Positions 28,005 to 64,000 of a stretch of 64,000 nt of DNA are shown one piece after another. The position numbers and the translations under genes were made by a program. The DNA is from the human T2T-CHM13v2.0 reference genome, Homo sapiens: assembly GCF_009914755.1 (NCBI RefSeq), contig NC_060947.1; one strand, given 5' to 3'. How positions within the stretch are numbered: the first letter of the stretch is position 1; every line of letters starts with the position of its first letter. The notes under the pieces are model-generated. The model was given only the letters and a program-made list of their open reading frames with translations, made no database searches and had not been told where the DNA came from.

Positions 28005-28539
28005 GGGAAGCATGTTTTCTGAAACATAACCTAAGAAAGTATAAATGCTGCCTTGTGCCTACAATCCTGGTGACAAGAGCAAGACTTCGTCTCAAAAAAA
28101 AAAAAAAGTATAAAAGCTCCTTAAAGGATGTTTCAAAATAATGAATAATATTAATTTCTATATTGTATATTCACAAATGTTCTTTCTAGAATAATTATTT
28201 GCTTAATGGGGTGCATGTTTAGTTGGTGAGAAATGAATTAATAGGTTAGTGATTTATTATCTGTTGGGAAAAATTTTAGACATTCACATGAAAGTAGAGA
28301 GAATAACATAAATGAATTTCCATATATGGATCACTTAGATTTAGCAACCGTTATGATTTTGCCTTACTTGCCTTTTCCCCCAAAATACTGTAAAGTAAAT
28401 TACAGTTATCATGACATTTTCTTCTAAATAAGTCAATATAAACATATAATAAACAAGGACCTTTTTCTATATAGTCACAATGCCATCACTATACATAGTA
28501 GGATTAACAGTAATTCCGTAATTTTTTTTTTGTTTTTGA

Positions 28540-28965
<426 letters not shown>

Positions 28966-29405
28966 TTAGAGCAGTTCCCTATAACCCCTTCTTTTGTTTG
29001 TTTTATGAAATTGGCTTGTTGAACTTCACAAAACACGAGTTGGGGTCATGCCAACTGTACCGTTAGTGATTAGTTTACATATAGGGAAAATAATTTGTGA
29101 ATGTTGGTCCATTCACTCTGCCAGCTATACCATGGCAGCATTTCCAGTATCAGGAAAGCAAACCAGGGGATCTAAAACTGAGCATTAAAAACTCTCCCCT
29201 ATCCAGTGAAAGAGATAAGAATGCCAGTTGTGAGAAAATTGAAGGGGAAACGGAGAATGTCAGTGTTAAAGATATTTGAACTTTTTTTTTTTATCCATTT
29301 GAAAGGTATTTTTTTTGGGTGAACTATTTGTTAATATTCTTGGTCCTGTAAAAAAAAAATTGGTGTTTGGACTTTTTCTTATTGTAGACACTCTTCATAA
29401 ATTAA

Positions 29406-29713
<308 letters not shown>

Positions 29714-30025
29714 TGAGCCACTGCACCCGGCCTGCAGATATTTTTTTCAGTTAGCTACTTTTCTTTTCACTTTATAGTATTTTTTTACTTAATTGTGGCA
29801 CAATACACATTAGTGTTTTAGCCATTTTAAAGTATACAATTTAGTGGCATTTCATACATTCACAGTGTTGTGCATCCATCACTGCTGTCTAGTTCCAACA
29901 GATTTTAATCACTTCTAAAAGAAACCCTGTACTCATTCCCTTTGCCCTCTATCCCATGGCTACTAATTTGCTTTCTGTTTATGGATTTGCCTGTTCTGAA
30001 TATTGTATACAAGTGGGATCATATA

Positions 30026-30488
30026 TAGTAGACCCTTGAGGAATGGGGGGGTTAGGGTCACCAACCCCTCATACAGTCAAATCTGCATAAAATTTTTAAT
30101 TCCACCAAAACTTAACTAATAGCCTACTGTTGACTGGAAGCCTTACCAATAACATAGTCAATTAACACATACTTTCTATGGTAATTTATTATCTACTATA
30201 TTCTTGCAATTAGCTAGAGAAGAAAATGTTATTAAAAATCAGAAGGAAGAGAGAGTATATTTACGATTCATTAAATGTAAGTGGATCATCATGAAGGTCT
30301 TCATCCTTTTTGTCTTCATGTTGAGTAGGCTGAGGAAGAGGAGGGGTTGGTCTTGCTGTCTAGGGAGTGGTAGAGGTGGAAAAGATGGAGGAGGCAGGAG
30401 AGGCAGACATACCTGGTGTAACTTTTACTGAAAAAAAATACATAAAAGTGGACCCACGCAGTTCAAAACCATGTTCAGGGGTCAACTG
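30026..30488. mobile_element. Tigger2a/MER28-like TcMar element inserted in an antisense L1
   Basis: Terminal inverted repeats (T)AGTAGACCCTTGA...TCAGGGGTCAACTG flanked by TA. Confidence 0.85.
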
Positions 30489-30658
30489 TAATATGTGATC
30501 TCTTGTGTCTGACTTCTTTCATTTAGCATAACATCTTCAACATTCATCCATACTGTAGCATATAATTTGTACTTAATTCCTTTTTATGATTGAATAATCT
30601 ATATATGAATGTACCACCTTTTGTTCATCAGTTGATGAATGTATTTACATGCATTTAA

Positions 30659-30938
<280 letters not shown>

Positions 30939-30947
30939 TAGTCGTTA

Positions 30948-35830
<4,883 letters not shown>

Positions 35831-36348
35831 TACATAATATTCTTTTTTTTTCTTTTTTTTTTTGAGATGGAGTCTCACTCTGTCGCCAAGGCTGGAGTGC
35901 AGTGGCACGATCTCGGCTCACTGCATCCTCCACCTCCTGGGTACAAGTGATTCTCTGCCTCAGCCTCCAGAGTAGCTGGGTTTACAGGCGCCAGCCACCA
36001 TGCTCGGCTAATTTTTGTTTTAGTGATTCTCCTGCCTCAGCCTCCCGAGTAGCTGGGACTACAGGCGCGCGCCACCATGCCCGTTTAATTTTTGTATTTT
36101 TAGTAGAGATGGGGTTTTACTATGTTGGCCAGGCTGGTCTTGAACTCCTGACTTCCTGATCTGCCCACCTTGGCCTCCCAAAGTGCTAGGATTACAGGCG
36201 TGAGCCACCGTGCCCAGCCTGATACCTTGTTTTCTACAAGAATGTTAGGTTAACTGATAGGGAAGTTGTCACTGAGTAGACATCAGATAATGTTTTTGGG
36301 ATAGGGCAATAAGCCATAAGGTGGGGGCAGATCTAGGGGAACATCTAG

Positions 36349-36597
<249 letters not shown>

Positions 36598-36667
36598 TGA
36601 CCTCGTGATCCACCCGCCTTGGCCTCCCAAAGTGCTGGGACAAGCGTAAACCACCACCCCCGGCCAA

Positions 36668-37625
36668 CAGTTCTCAATATGTGGACCTTTCAAGGGATCT
36701 GTAAAGTGAAAGCTGTTTTTCTTAATACTAAGTTGTTTTTACCGTATTGACATCTTTACTGATGGTGTTGAAGCAGTGGAAAATAAACATTTTACCTGAA
36801 TACAAATCAAGGTAGTGGCACCAAATTGTATCAGTAGTCATTGTATTCTTCACCCCACACCTGTAGTTTTTTTTAAAAAAAGTCAGTTTCTTTTAAGAAT
36901 GTCTTTGATGAGGGTGGGGCACCGTGGCTTATGCCTGTAGTCTTCGCTGCTTCGTAGGCTGAGGTGGGAGTCTGAGGCGGGAGGATTCCTTGAGCCCAGG
37001 AGTTCGAGGCTAAGAGTGACCTGTGGTCGTGCCACTGCACTCCAGCCTAGGTGACAGAGTAAGACTCTCTCAAAAAATGTCTTTGATGAGCAGTAAAGTT
37101 ACTAGTTTCATTAAATATGGACCCTTGAGTACGTGTCTTCTTAATATGGTGTGATGAAAAGGGAAGTATGCGTGAAGCAGTTCTGCAAACTGAATTTTAA
37201 ATTATCTTGAGGAAAATCACCTGTAACATTGTCAGCAAGCTGTACTGCTCACTTTTTAAAATTTACAACATTATACTTAGAAGAATAACTAATAGACAAG
37301 CTACAGTTTTTTACACTTGGGTATTGACCAGATATGTTTTTCTAAATAAAATGGGCTTATCCTTTCAAGGAAAACAACTGATAGTACTTGTTGCCTATTT
37401 TAAATTAGCTTTCAAACAAAATTTAGAATTTCTGTATACTTGTATCTACTTCTGTGAACTTGATAGCTTCCCAGTACTTAAAGACTTTTCTGTTAACATC
37501 AGATTTTAAAGAAAGTGGTTTTTAAATATTGCTTAATGAAATATGTCAACATTTGAAACATCTGCATTGCTCAGTGAAACAGTATTTTGTAAATGATCCA
37601 TTTAGGATGTTAAAAATCATGCATG
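36668..37625 (+). mobile_element. Charlie1-type hAT DNA transposon fragment with an Alu monomer inserted
   Basis: Degenerate transposase HCILH...KNVFDE.VK..SFIK..PLST...CDEKGS; Alu TSD AATGTCTTTGATGAG. Confidence 0.82.
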
Positions 37626-37687
37626 GCTGGGCATGGTGGCTCACGCCTGTAATCCCAGCACTTTGGGAGGCTGAGGCAGGTGAATCA

Positions 37688-42650
<4,963 letters not shown>

Positions 42651-42654
42651 GGAA

Positions 42655-43590
42655 GTGAGACAGGAAAAGTTCCCTTGTTCCCCTCGCAGGGCACGCGATG
42701 AGGGTGTGGATTGCTTCTTCAGTGCCTGCTGGCTCAAAACTCTAGGTGGAGCATGCAGTCAGGCAGGCTGCGGGGCTCTGACCCCACGGCAGTGTCTAGG
42801 GTTGAATTTTGTTTTTGTTTTTTGAGATGGAGACTCACTCTGTTGCCCAGGCTGGAGTGTAGTGGTGCGATCTCGGATCATTGCAACCCCCGCCTCCCAG
42901 GTTCAGGCGATTCTCCTGCTCAGCCTCCCAAATAGCTGGGATTACAGGCGTGTGCCACCATGCCTGGCTAATTTTTGTATTTTTAGTAGAGACAGGATTT
43001 CACCATGTTGGTCAGGCTGGCCTTGAACTCCTGACCTCGTGATCCACCTGCCCCAGCCTCCCAAAGTGCTGGGATTACAGGCAGGAGCCACTGCACCCGG
43101 CCCTCTAGGAGTGAATGTTTACAGCTGAAGCCCCAGTGGGCATTTGTTACAGGGTGCTCTTTTAGTTTAGCCGTCCATAGGTAGCTTGTGTTAGTCAGCA
43201 CAATTAAACCCCCTGCCTTATGGCAAGGACAGAGAACTTTCTGTATCCTGGGGTTCTTGCCTTGTTGTACTGGAAGAATTGGATCACACGTGGGCTTGAG
43301 TGCAAGGTTTTATTGAGTGGAAGTAGCTCCAACAGATAGGGTTGCCAGAAGAGATAGGGTTTTCCCCTGGCGTTAGGCTGCTTGGTTGCCCAGGCTCTCC
43401 TCCGACTGCCCAGGCCAAACTCCACGTCATTCAACCGGTCATTTGATGGCCTGCCAGCATCTGTTGGTGTGCTCTTCCACTGGCATCCTCCCCTTGACGT
43501 CCTCTTGACGTCCAGCCGCTTGTGTCTTCTGCTGCTGCTGTGTTCCTTTCAACGTCCAGCTGCTTGTGTCTCTGCCTGCTAGGGTCTTGG
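42655..43590 (-). mobile_element. ERV1-class LTR (LTR1/LTR28-like), partial, with an Alu insertion
   Basis: TGAGACAGGAAAAGTTCCCTTG terminus, TTTTATT (reverse poly-A signal) ~43308, GC-rich LTR body; subfamily uncertain. Confidence 0.75.
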
Positions 43591-43606
43591 GGTTTTTTTT
43601 GTTTGA

Positions 43607-43714
<108 letters not shown>

Positions 43715-44029
43715 TGAGTAGCTGGAATTACAGGCACCTGCCACTAGGCCTGGCTAATATTTTTTCTTTTTTGTGTGTATTTTTAGTAGAGTCAGGGTTT
43801 CACCATGTTGGCCAGGCTGGTCTTGAACTCCTGACCTCAGGTGTTCCACCCACCTCGGCCTCCCAAAGTGCTGAGATTACAGGCGTGAGCCATTGCGCCT
43901 GGCACATTACTTCTTTAAGTGTGGTTTTCTTTAGTTCTCTGAACATGTTTGTATTAGCTTCCTTGATGTCTTTGTCTGCTGTGTTTGAGATCTGTGCTTT
44001 TGCGTTGGCGAGCCCCAGCACAAGGGTAG

Positions 44030-44548
44030 TTTCAGTGATTTGCAAGGACCCACAGGACTGGCGTATAATTGTACTCATGGATATGAGTTATTCCTGTGAA
44101 AGGATACAAAGCAAAATCAGCGAAGGGAAAAGATGTCTGGGGCTAAAGTTTGTTAGAGCCAGGTGCAAGCCTCCAAGTGTTCTCTTCCAAGTATGGTCAC
44201 ACAGGACATACCTCATTTCTCCAGGAATGCATTCTGAGAACACATATGAAGTGTTGTCTACTAGGGAAGCTCATTAGAGGCTCAGTGACCATAGCTTTTA
44301 TTGGGGGCTGGTCATGCAGGCACCCTTTGCCTAGCACATAGCAAAATTCCAGGCTTGCGGAAGGAAAGCAGGTGTTCAGCACAAACCCCATTGTTTATAC
44401 AGTTTAGCCACAGTGAGCCATTCTTATCAGGGAATAGTGGCAACTCTCTTGAAATCCAGGTTCTCAGATGCCAGCTAAGGGCCATCCTTGAAGGCAGGCC
44501 TTTTTAAGTATAACAGTCTTGGGCCTCAAATGTAAACTCTATATCACC
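44030..44548 (-). mobile_element. MER77/MER21-like LTR
   Basis: AAGGATACAAAGCAAAATCAGC...GGAAGCTCATTAGAGGCTCAG...CAGATGCCAGCTAAGGGCCATCCTTG. Confidence 0.75.
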
Positions 44549-44733
44549 TTCTCAAGGCATTTTTCTGTTACTTGCTTTTTGGTTTCTTATATGAATCTCA
44601 CTTTTTTTAAAAAATACCTCATACTTTTTGCTGAAACCTACAAATTTTAGATAATATATTGCAGTGATTTCTGGATACTGCTACCCCCTCCTCTACTGTG
44701 GGGCTCATTGGTATTGTTTACTTCTTTGTTTAG

Positions 44734-45085
<352 letters not shown>

Positions 45086-46956
45086 TGATGTGTTTTTTAA
45101 CCTACAGTGTACATCCTTTGGTGTCCCTCTTTAGTGGGACAGCTTTGGGAATAAGCATAGTCACTATGGAATGATTGGTTTTAGCAGGGCTGTCTTTCAG
45201 TGTCTTTTTCTAATTTCTCTGTTAATCTGTCAGCCTCTGTTATCTCACCTAATCATTAGTTTGCACTAATTTCAGACTGATTACTCTATTGGTTTTGACC
45301 ATGTCCAGGGGCATAAATTGCCTAACTATGTGATCCAAATTTGGGCCCTTTTATAGAGATAGTATTTGAGACCAACCTTTGAGGTTGGCTCAGATCCCAG
45401 GTAGGCTCTTATTTGTCTTTTTCTCTGGGTCTCTGGCTGTCTTCTAGCTGGTGTTTCTATAGCTTGTTGCTCTCAAGTAGTTACTAATCTTCTCTTAATA
45501 GCTTACCACCCAAATCTCTATTGTTATTGGGAACATCCTTAGGCTTTTTTTTCTCCCCATTGTGTTCCAAATTAAGTCATTTATTTTGGGGATACCTTCA
45601 GAACTCTGTTATTGCAGCCTGCCTTTCCCCTCGGGCAAAACCTCTGCATTGCTGCTCTGGAGCTGAGGGCAAGGAAACTGTCTCAGTTTTCCCTGTGACG
45701 CAAGCAAGGTGTTTGGCAGGGGAAGATGGCCTCTGGTTTTCCTAAATGTCACCCTAAGGTTAAGTCTTCCCTTTGTGCTATGTCTCAGAGAATGTTTCCA
45801 CATTATTGTTTCTTTCTCAGTAGTGGTCCTCTTGGTGTTGCTATATGACATTTTTAGCCTGGTCACTGGTTGGCAGGAGTGTGCCCTATCTGTTGTTTTA
45901 TTAATTAAGGCTTAGTTTTAGGCACCAGTGTCCTGGGGTCTCGTGGTTGTGTTATACTCAGTACTCCTGCCTCTTCCTCCTGCTGTAATTTTGGACCCAT
46001 TGTGTATTTCTGCTCTTTCTTCATAGCTAATTTTTTTTTTCTCTCTATTTCATTCTCCCAGGGTCACAGTTTTTACAACTATCCTAATGGCCACAGTGTT
46101 TGTTGCCCTTCCTCCCACTGAGTAAGGACTTTGTTTTGTAGATGGAGTAGGATCTGAACAGATTTCTTTGACCTTCCCAAAACAGATTTTGTTCCCCTCT
46201 CCCAGGTGTGTACCTTGAGGGTAGTTTCTCAAGACTGTCATCAATCTTTTGTGTGATCTCTTGAATGGGTTAGTGGAGAAAATACCTGAATAGTCTGCAG
46301 ACCTCTCAATTCTGTGCTGCCCCACCCTGGGCTTCATACTTACTTGCCAGTTAACACTTACCCTTTGCCAATTGACCAACCATTTTAGTTGATCTCTTAC
46401 TGATGTCTGGTTGCATCTACTTTCACAGGTAAGCCGGGGGTGTGTCTCATCATTCCTTTGGGGCACCACAACTTAGATTTTGGTTGGCCCCAGTAAGACT
46501 CCTGTCTCTGGGGGATTCAAGGAAAGTTGTGAACTTCTTTCCTATTCTCCTACCCTCTTTATTTGTAAGGGTGAAAGTGATGCTCTCTCTAGCTCTCTAC
46601 CTACCAGAACCAGATGATGTTTTCTAGTCTAGTCTGGTACTGTCTTTCACTTACTGTGAAGCCCCATTATATTTACTGTGATTTTCTTCATATTGTTGGA
46701 TTTATATCTCTAATTTAAAAAAATGATTTGGTTTGGAATGGTTTTTTCATAATGCAATCCAAAGTATCATAGTCCCCATGGTTTCTTAGTCTTTCCCTGT
46801 TTCTCATGACCTTGACAGATTTAAAAAGTGTACTGGTTAGGTATTTGGTAGAATATTTCTCAATTTGGATTTGTCTGATATAGTCTCATGATTAAATGAT
46901 ATGAATTTTGGGGAAGAATACCACACAGATATACCATTCTCATAGCTTCATATCAG

Positions 46957-47410
46957 GATATATATGTATACATACACACACACATATACACACATATACA
47001 TACATGTATACATATACGCACATATATACATATATACATATACACACGTAGACATGTATACATATACACACGTAGACATGTATACACATACACACGTAGA
47101 CATGTATACACACGTAGACATGTATACACATACACACGTAGACATGTATACACACACGTAGACATAAATGCATGCATATACACACGTAGACATAAATGCA
47201 TGCATATACACGCGTATACATATATGCGTGCATATACGCACGTATACATATATGCGTGCATATACGCACGTATACATATATGCGTGCATATACGCACGTA
47301 TACATATATGTGTGCATATACGCACGTATACCTATATGTATGCATATACACATGTATACATATATACACACATATATGTATACATACATATATATATATA
47401 TATATACACG
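46957..47410. repeat. alternating purine-pyrimidine compound mini/microsatellite (20-28-bp higher-order units)
   Basis: Successive units CACACGTAGACATGTATA.., CACACGTAGACATAAATGCATGCATATA and CGCACGTATACATATATGCGTGCATATA. Confidence 0.95.
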
Positions 47411-48050
47411 ATTTTAGCATTACTTATTACTGAGGATGTTACTCTTAATCACTTAGTTCAGGTTGCCCGGTTTCTCCACTGTAAAGTTACTGTTTTTCTG
47501 TTTCCATCCTCTATGCTTTGGAAGTGAGTTACTAAATTTAGTCCACATTTAAGGGAAGCAGAATTAACCTCCATATCTGGAGGGGTATCTACCTGTATAT
47601 ATGTATTTATTTTTGGGAAATTTTCTCTAAGGAAGATTTTTTTTCTCTCCCTTATTTATTTGGTCATCTGTTTCTATCATTCTGGATTCGTGAATAATTA
47701 TTAATTTGTTAATTATACATAATCCCACATCTTTTTTTTGGAGCTATTGCTTACTTTCTGGTACAAGGTAGTATAGGCTTATCTTGTATTCTCCCTGCAC
47801 CAGCCTTACTTTTAGCCATTTTAATAAGGAGCCCGGGTACTTTTTATTGAAAAATACATTTAGAAACCATGGTCTGAGCACTGAGTGCCCTTTTAGTTAC
47901 TGAGGTAGCACTGATTCTGTACCTCCTAAACAGAAAGCTAGAAAATATATGTATGCATAGTAATGTTTGGATCTATTTAATTATTTTTACATACACATGT
48001 ATGTAGCTATGTGTCCATTAAAGTAAACATGAATGTACAGTGATATCTGA

Positions 48051-48882
<832 letters not shown>

Positions 48883-49019
48883 CTATATTTACTTGTTTGT
48901 TCTACTTTACTATACATTTAAAGTGGTTTTATAACTGCCTAAGTTCCTGTAAAAATTTTATCAGTTAGCATTAATATTGTACCTTTATTACAGTTTCTAA
49001 AAATGCTCAAGTGTTTTCA

Positions 49020-56000
<6,981 letters not shown>

Positions 56001-56114
56001 TTTTTTTTTTTAGATGGAGTTTTTGCTCTTGTTGCCCAGGCTGGAGTGCAGTGGTGGATATTGGCTCACTGCAACCTCTGTCTTCTGGGTTCAAGCAATT
56101 CTCCTGCCTTCTGA

Positions 56115-56336
<222 letters not shown>

Positions 56337-57638
56337 TAGATATGTATACTAACCCATGTATAGCTACATATTTATACACATTTTTATATGTAACTATCGA
56401 TTTTTTTAAGTTAAATGTGAGTTCATACTGGTATTTCTAACTAATCCATTACCACATGGTTAATTCTAGTCATATCTCCTTGTTTGTCTGTCCTCACTCT
56501 CTCACTCCAATAGGAAAGAGCCTGTCTCCTAACATTTACCATTCATTTACATAATTGTACTATCCCATTATACAGGTATAACTGTTTCAGAATTGTTGAT
56601 TTTTACCCTTACTGGAAACAACTCTATCAACTGGAGTATAATGCTTATGTATAGCTTCTTTTGCATTTAGTCTTACAGACTCCACTTATTAATGGTGAGA
56701 GACTGGACATACTGCTCAGATCGGGAACAATGCAAAGATGTCCTCTCTCACCACTCCTAATACAAGAAAAGGAAATATAGACTGGAAGGGAAAAAATAAA
56801 TCTTTATTTGTAGATTATAAGATTGTCTACATAGACGTTTTTAGAGCATCTCCAGAAACCTAGAACTAACAAATGGGAGTAAGAAGGACACAAGGTATTA
56901 CAGTTACTTTTCATTTTCTGTTAGTTTTGGCATCTCATATTTAAGTCTGGTTTTCAAGATTGCATTCTTTTCAGATGGTATTTTTTTCTTTGTTTTTGTA
57001 TACATTATAATGTTGAGAGTCAAACATATAAAGTAGTAGATACTGAGGTATATATATGTATTTTCTTTGCGATAAGCACACCTTTCCTTCATCTAGGCTA
57101 TTAGCGTGGAGGTTTTTGTGAAATTAGTCAGGAGTTGGTCTGGGATTGAAGTTTTGTTGTTACCATGGTTACTCTCTGTGTATCAGAAACTTCAAACCCT
57201 ATAATGATACCTTGTTTTTGTGTCCTTGTTTGGCGTGGGTTTTCACCTTTTCACTCTTCTCTAGAGAAGGCCTGTGGTTTTCAGCTTTCCCCTGTGCATT
57301 ACTTTAATTTTATTTGATGTTTAGTCTGTGGTTGGGGCGAAAAAGAGGCATGTTCTCTAATGTTCTAATTTAAACTCAGTCTTAAGTAGGCACTGTGAAT
57401 CTGGGTCTTGTGGGTGTGGCTGTCATAAGTCTTTCTTTTCCAGTCAATGCCTAGTATTTATTCCCATTCCTCCCCTATGGCTAAAGCTTTATGTGTTCCT
57501 TACCTCCTTACCCAGCCCCTGTTGCTTCCACTCCAGGGTGTCCCTGCAAATTGCTCTAAGGTTTTTGCTTCTTAGGCGAGATAGGAGACGGGCCTCTGGG
57601 GAATTTTGGTCTGCTTTATATTCCCTTCCACTGCTTCA

Positions 57639-57994
<356 letters not shown>

Positions 57995-58481
57995 CTACTC
58001 CTTTCCCCCAGATAGTACCAAAGGGGTCTTTCTCTGTGATCTCTGATCTTTCCTGTGGCTTCCTATTGATAACAGCTGCAGGTGGCTGCAACCCCACCCC
58101 CATATTTGAAACCTGAGGGGATTCCTATTCTCAGGCCAGCCCACACTTGGCCTTTAGCAATTTATTGTAATTTCTAGTTAAATCTTTCTACCTGCTTTTA
58201 TATTGATTTTCATGGCATTTGTCCCAGTAATCAAATGCTCAGATTCTGTTTTCCCCTGCAGGCACCTACCATTTTTTTAGATTTCTGTATTTTTTTTTTT
58301 CCTGTAACTTCAGTTCTCTGATAGGGTCAAGAAAATCATAACTTTGCTTTTGTCAAGCCTTTTCTAAGTGAGGTAGTGATGTTGTTTCTAGTGCCCTATA
58401 TATTTGAGATTTGTTGTCTTTGTTATTTTTGTTTATTTCTGTTTCTTATTTTTTCTTCTGTATCATTTGAACATTTTTTAG

Positions 58482-58713
<232 letters not shown>

Positions 58714-59129
58714 TGAACTCCTGACCTCAGGTGATCCACCTGCCTTGGCCTCCCAAAGTGCTGGGATTACAGGCGTGAGCCACCGCGCCCAGGCTTTAAT
58801 ATTCCATTTTAATTATCTTTATTTATTTATTTATTTTGAGACAGAGTCTCGCTCTGTTGCTCAGGCTGGAGTGCAAATGGCACAATCTCAGCTCACTGCA
58901 ACCCCCGCCTCCTGGGTTCAAGCACTTCTTCTGCCTCAGGCTCATGAGTAGCTGAGACTAACTACAGGTGCATGCCATCACGCCCAGCTAATTTTTGTAT
59001 TTTCAGTAGAGGCAGGGTTTTGCTATGTTGGCCAGGGTAGTCTCGAACTCCTGACCTCAGGTAATCTGCCTGCCTCGGCCTCCCAAAGTGCTGGGATTAT
59101 AGGCATGAGCCACCGTGCCCGGTCTTAAT

Positions 59130-62850
<3,721 letters not shown>

Positions 62851-62854
62851 TTTG

Positions 62855-63288
62855 AGTCAACTTAGGTACCCAAATGGTTGGCTAGATAAAATGTGGTATA
62901 TTTATATCATGTAATACTATACAGCCATAAAAAATGAAACCATGTCCTTTGCAGCAACATGGATATAGCTGGAGACCTTTATCCTAAGCATATTAATGCA
63001 GGAACGGAAAAGCAAATACCCCATGTTCTCCCTTATTCATGAGAACTAAACATGAGTACACATGTTCACATAAATGTCTAATGTGAACAATAGACACCAG
63101 GGCCTACTCAAGAGAGGGTGGTGGAAGGAGGGTGAAGATCAAAAAACTACCTATTGGGTACTATGCTCACTACCTGGGTGATTAAATAATTTGTACACCA
63201 AACCCCAGTGACACAGAATTTACCCATGTAACAAAACTGCACATGTATACCTTGAAACCAAAATAAAAGTTGAAAAAAAAAAAAAAAC
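62855..63288 (+). mobile_element. L1PA/L1PB-type 3' end inserted in the opposite orientation
   Basis: CTACCTATTGGGTACTATGCTCACTACCTGGGTG...CTGCACATGTATACCTTGAACC and A-tail. Confidence 0.88.
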
Positions 63289-64000
63289 CACCCATGGATT
63301 GTTGCATTTATCTTCATGAGGAAGATTGGAATGTGATTTCCTTTTCTTATAATGTCTTTATGAGGTTTTAGTATCACGGTGTTTATGGCCACATTAAAAT
63401 GAGTAGGACAGTAAGTAATACCTCTTCAGTTTTCTGTAATGATTTTTTTAGAATCCATATTTTATTTTATTTTATTTTTTTGAGACGGAGTCTTGCTTTG
63501 TTGCCCAAGCTGGAGTGCAGTGGCGTGATCTCGGCTCACTGCAACCTCTGCCGCCTCGTTTCAAGCGATTCTCCCTGCCTCAGTCTCCCAAGTAGCTGGG
63601 ATTGCTGGTGTGCGCCACCACATCCAGCTAATTTTTTTTGTATGTTTAGTAGAGATGGGGTTTCACCATGTTGGCCAGGCTGGTCTGGAACTCCTGACCT
63701 CAGATCATCCGCCCACCTCGACCTCCCAAAGTGCTGGGATTACAGGTGTGAGCCACTGCATCCGGCCTAGAATCCATATTTTTTAATCCTTGAATGTTTT
63801 GGTAGAATTCACTTGTGAATTTATCAGTGAAACAGCTTGGTCTGTTGTTTTCCTTATGGAAGTTTTAAAATTACTAATTCTATGTCATTAATGGATATAT
63901 GAATATTCAGGTTATATGTAGATATATTTGTTGTTGTTGTGTTGTTTTGTTTTGTTTTTTGAGATGAAGTCTCGTTCTTGTCCCCCAGGCTGGAGTGCAA

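Noticed and set aside
29097-29279. NASCEKI resembling USP46/USP12 NASALEKDI (possible UspL remnant)
   Set aside because: Only ~6 residues, no flanking similarity or splice sites; indistinguishable from chance.
46940-47527. Overlapping Y/V/C/I/H/T-rich ORFs on both strands
   Set aside because: Alternating RY repeats rarely contain stops; low-complexity artefact.
58072-58090. CTCF-like GCTGCAGGTGGCTG
   Set aside because: Mismatch at a core C and no supporting context.

Overview
Catarrhine-primate (human-like; AluY-diagnostic copies are present) genomic DNA that is almost entirely interspersed repeats: about 75 Alu copies or fragments by manual count, plus old L1 fragments, MaLR/ERVL/ERV1 LTRs, Tigger/Charlie/hAT DNA-transposon fossils, MIR and L2. 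The single CpG-rich island (~23.7-24.2 kb) is a + strand promoter with a perfect YY1 motif and two canonically spliced short exons. From recalled sequence I recognise these as the 5' end of the X-inactivation-centre lncRNA JPX. That would make 1-23.6 kb part of the XIST-JPX intergenic interval and the rest JPX intronic sequence. There is no credible conventional protein-coding gene: the listed ORFs are almost all repeat or low-complexity artefacts. I see no clearly new multi-gene system. The best leads, all unverified hypotheses, are: a strong-Kozak 33-aa smORF in exon 1 that reads like a mitochondrial presequence; a 4x17-bp RFX-half-site tandem repeat in the promoter; a possible decayed RASL11C last-exon fossil split by Alus at ~10.0-10.6 kb; splice signals for a divergent antisense transcript; a 450-bp evolving purine-pyrimidine satellite; and a near-spacerless inverted Alu junction.
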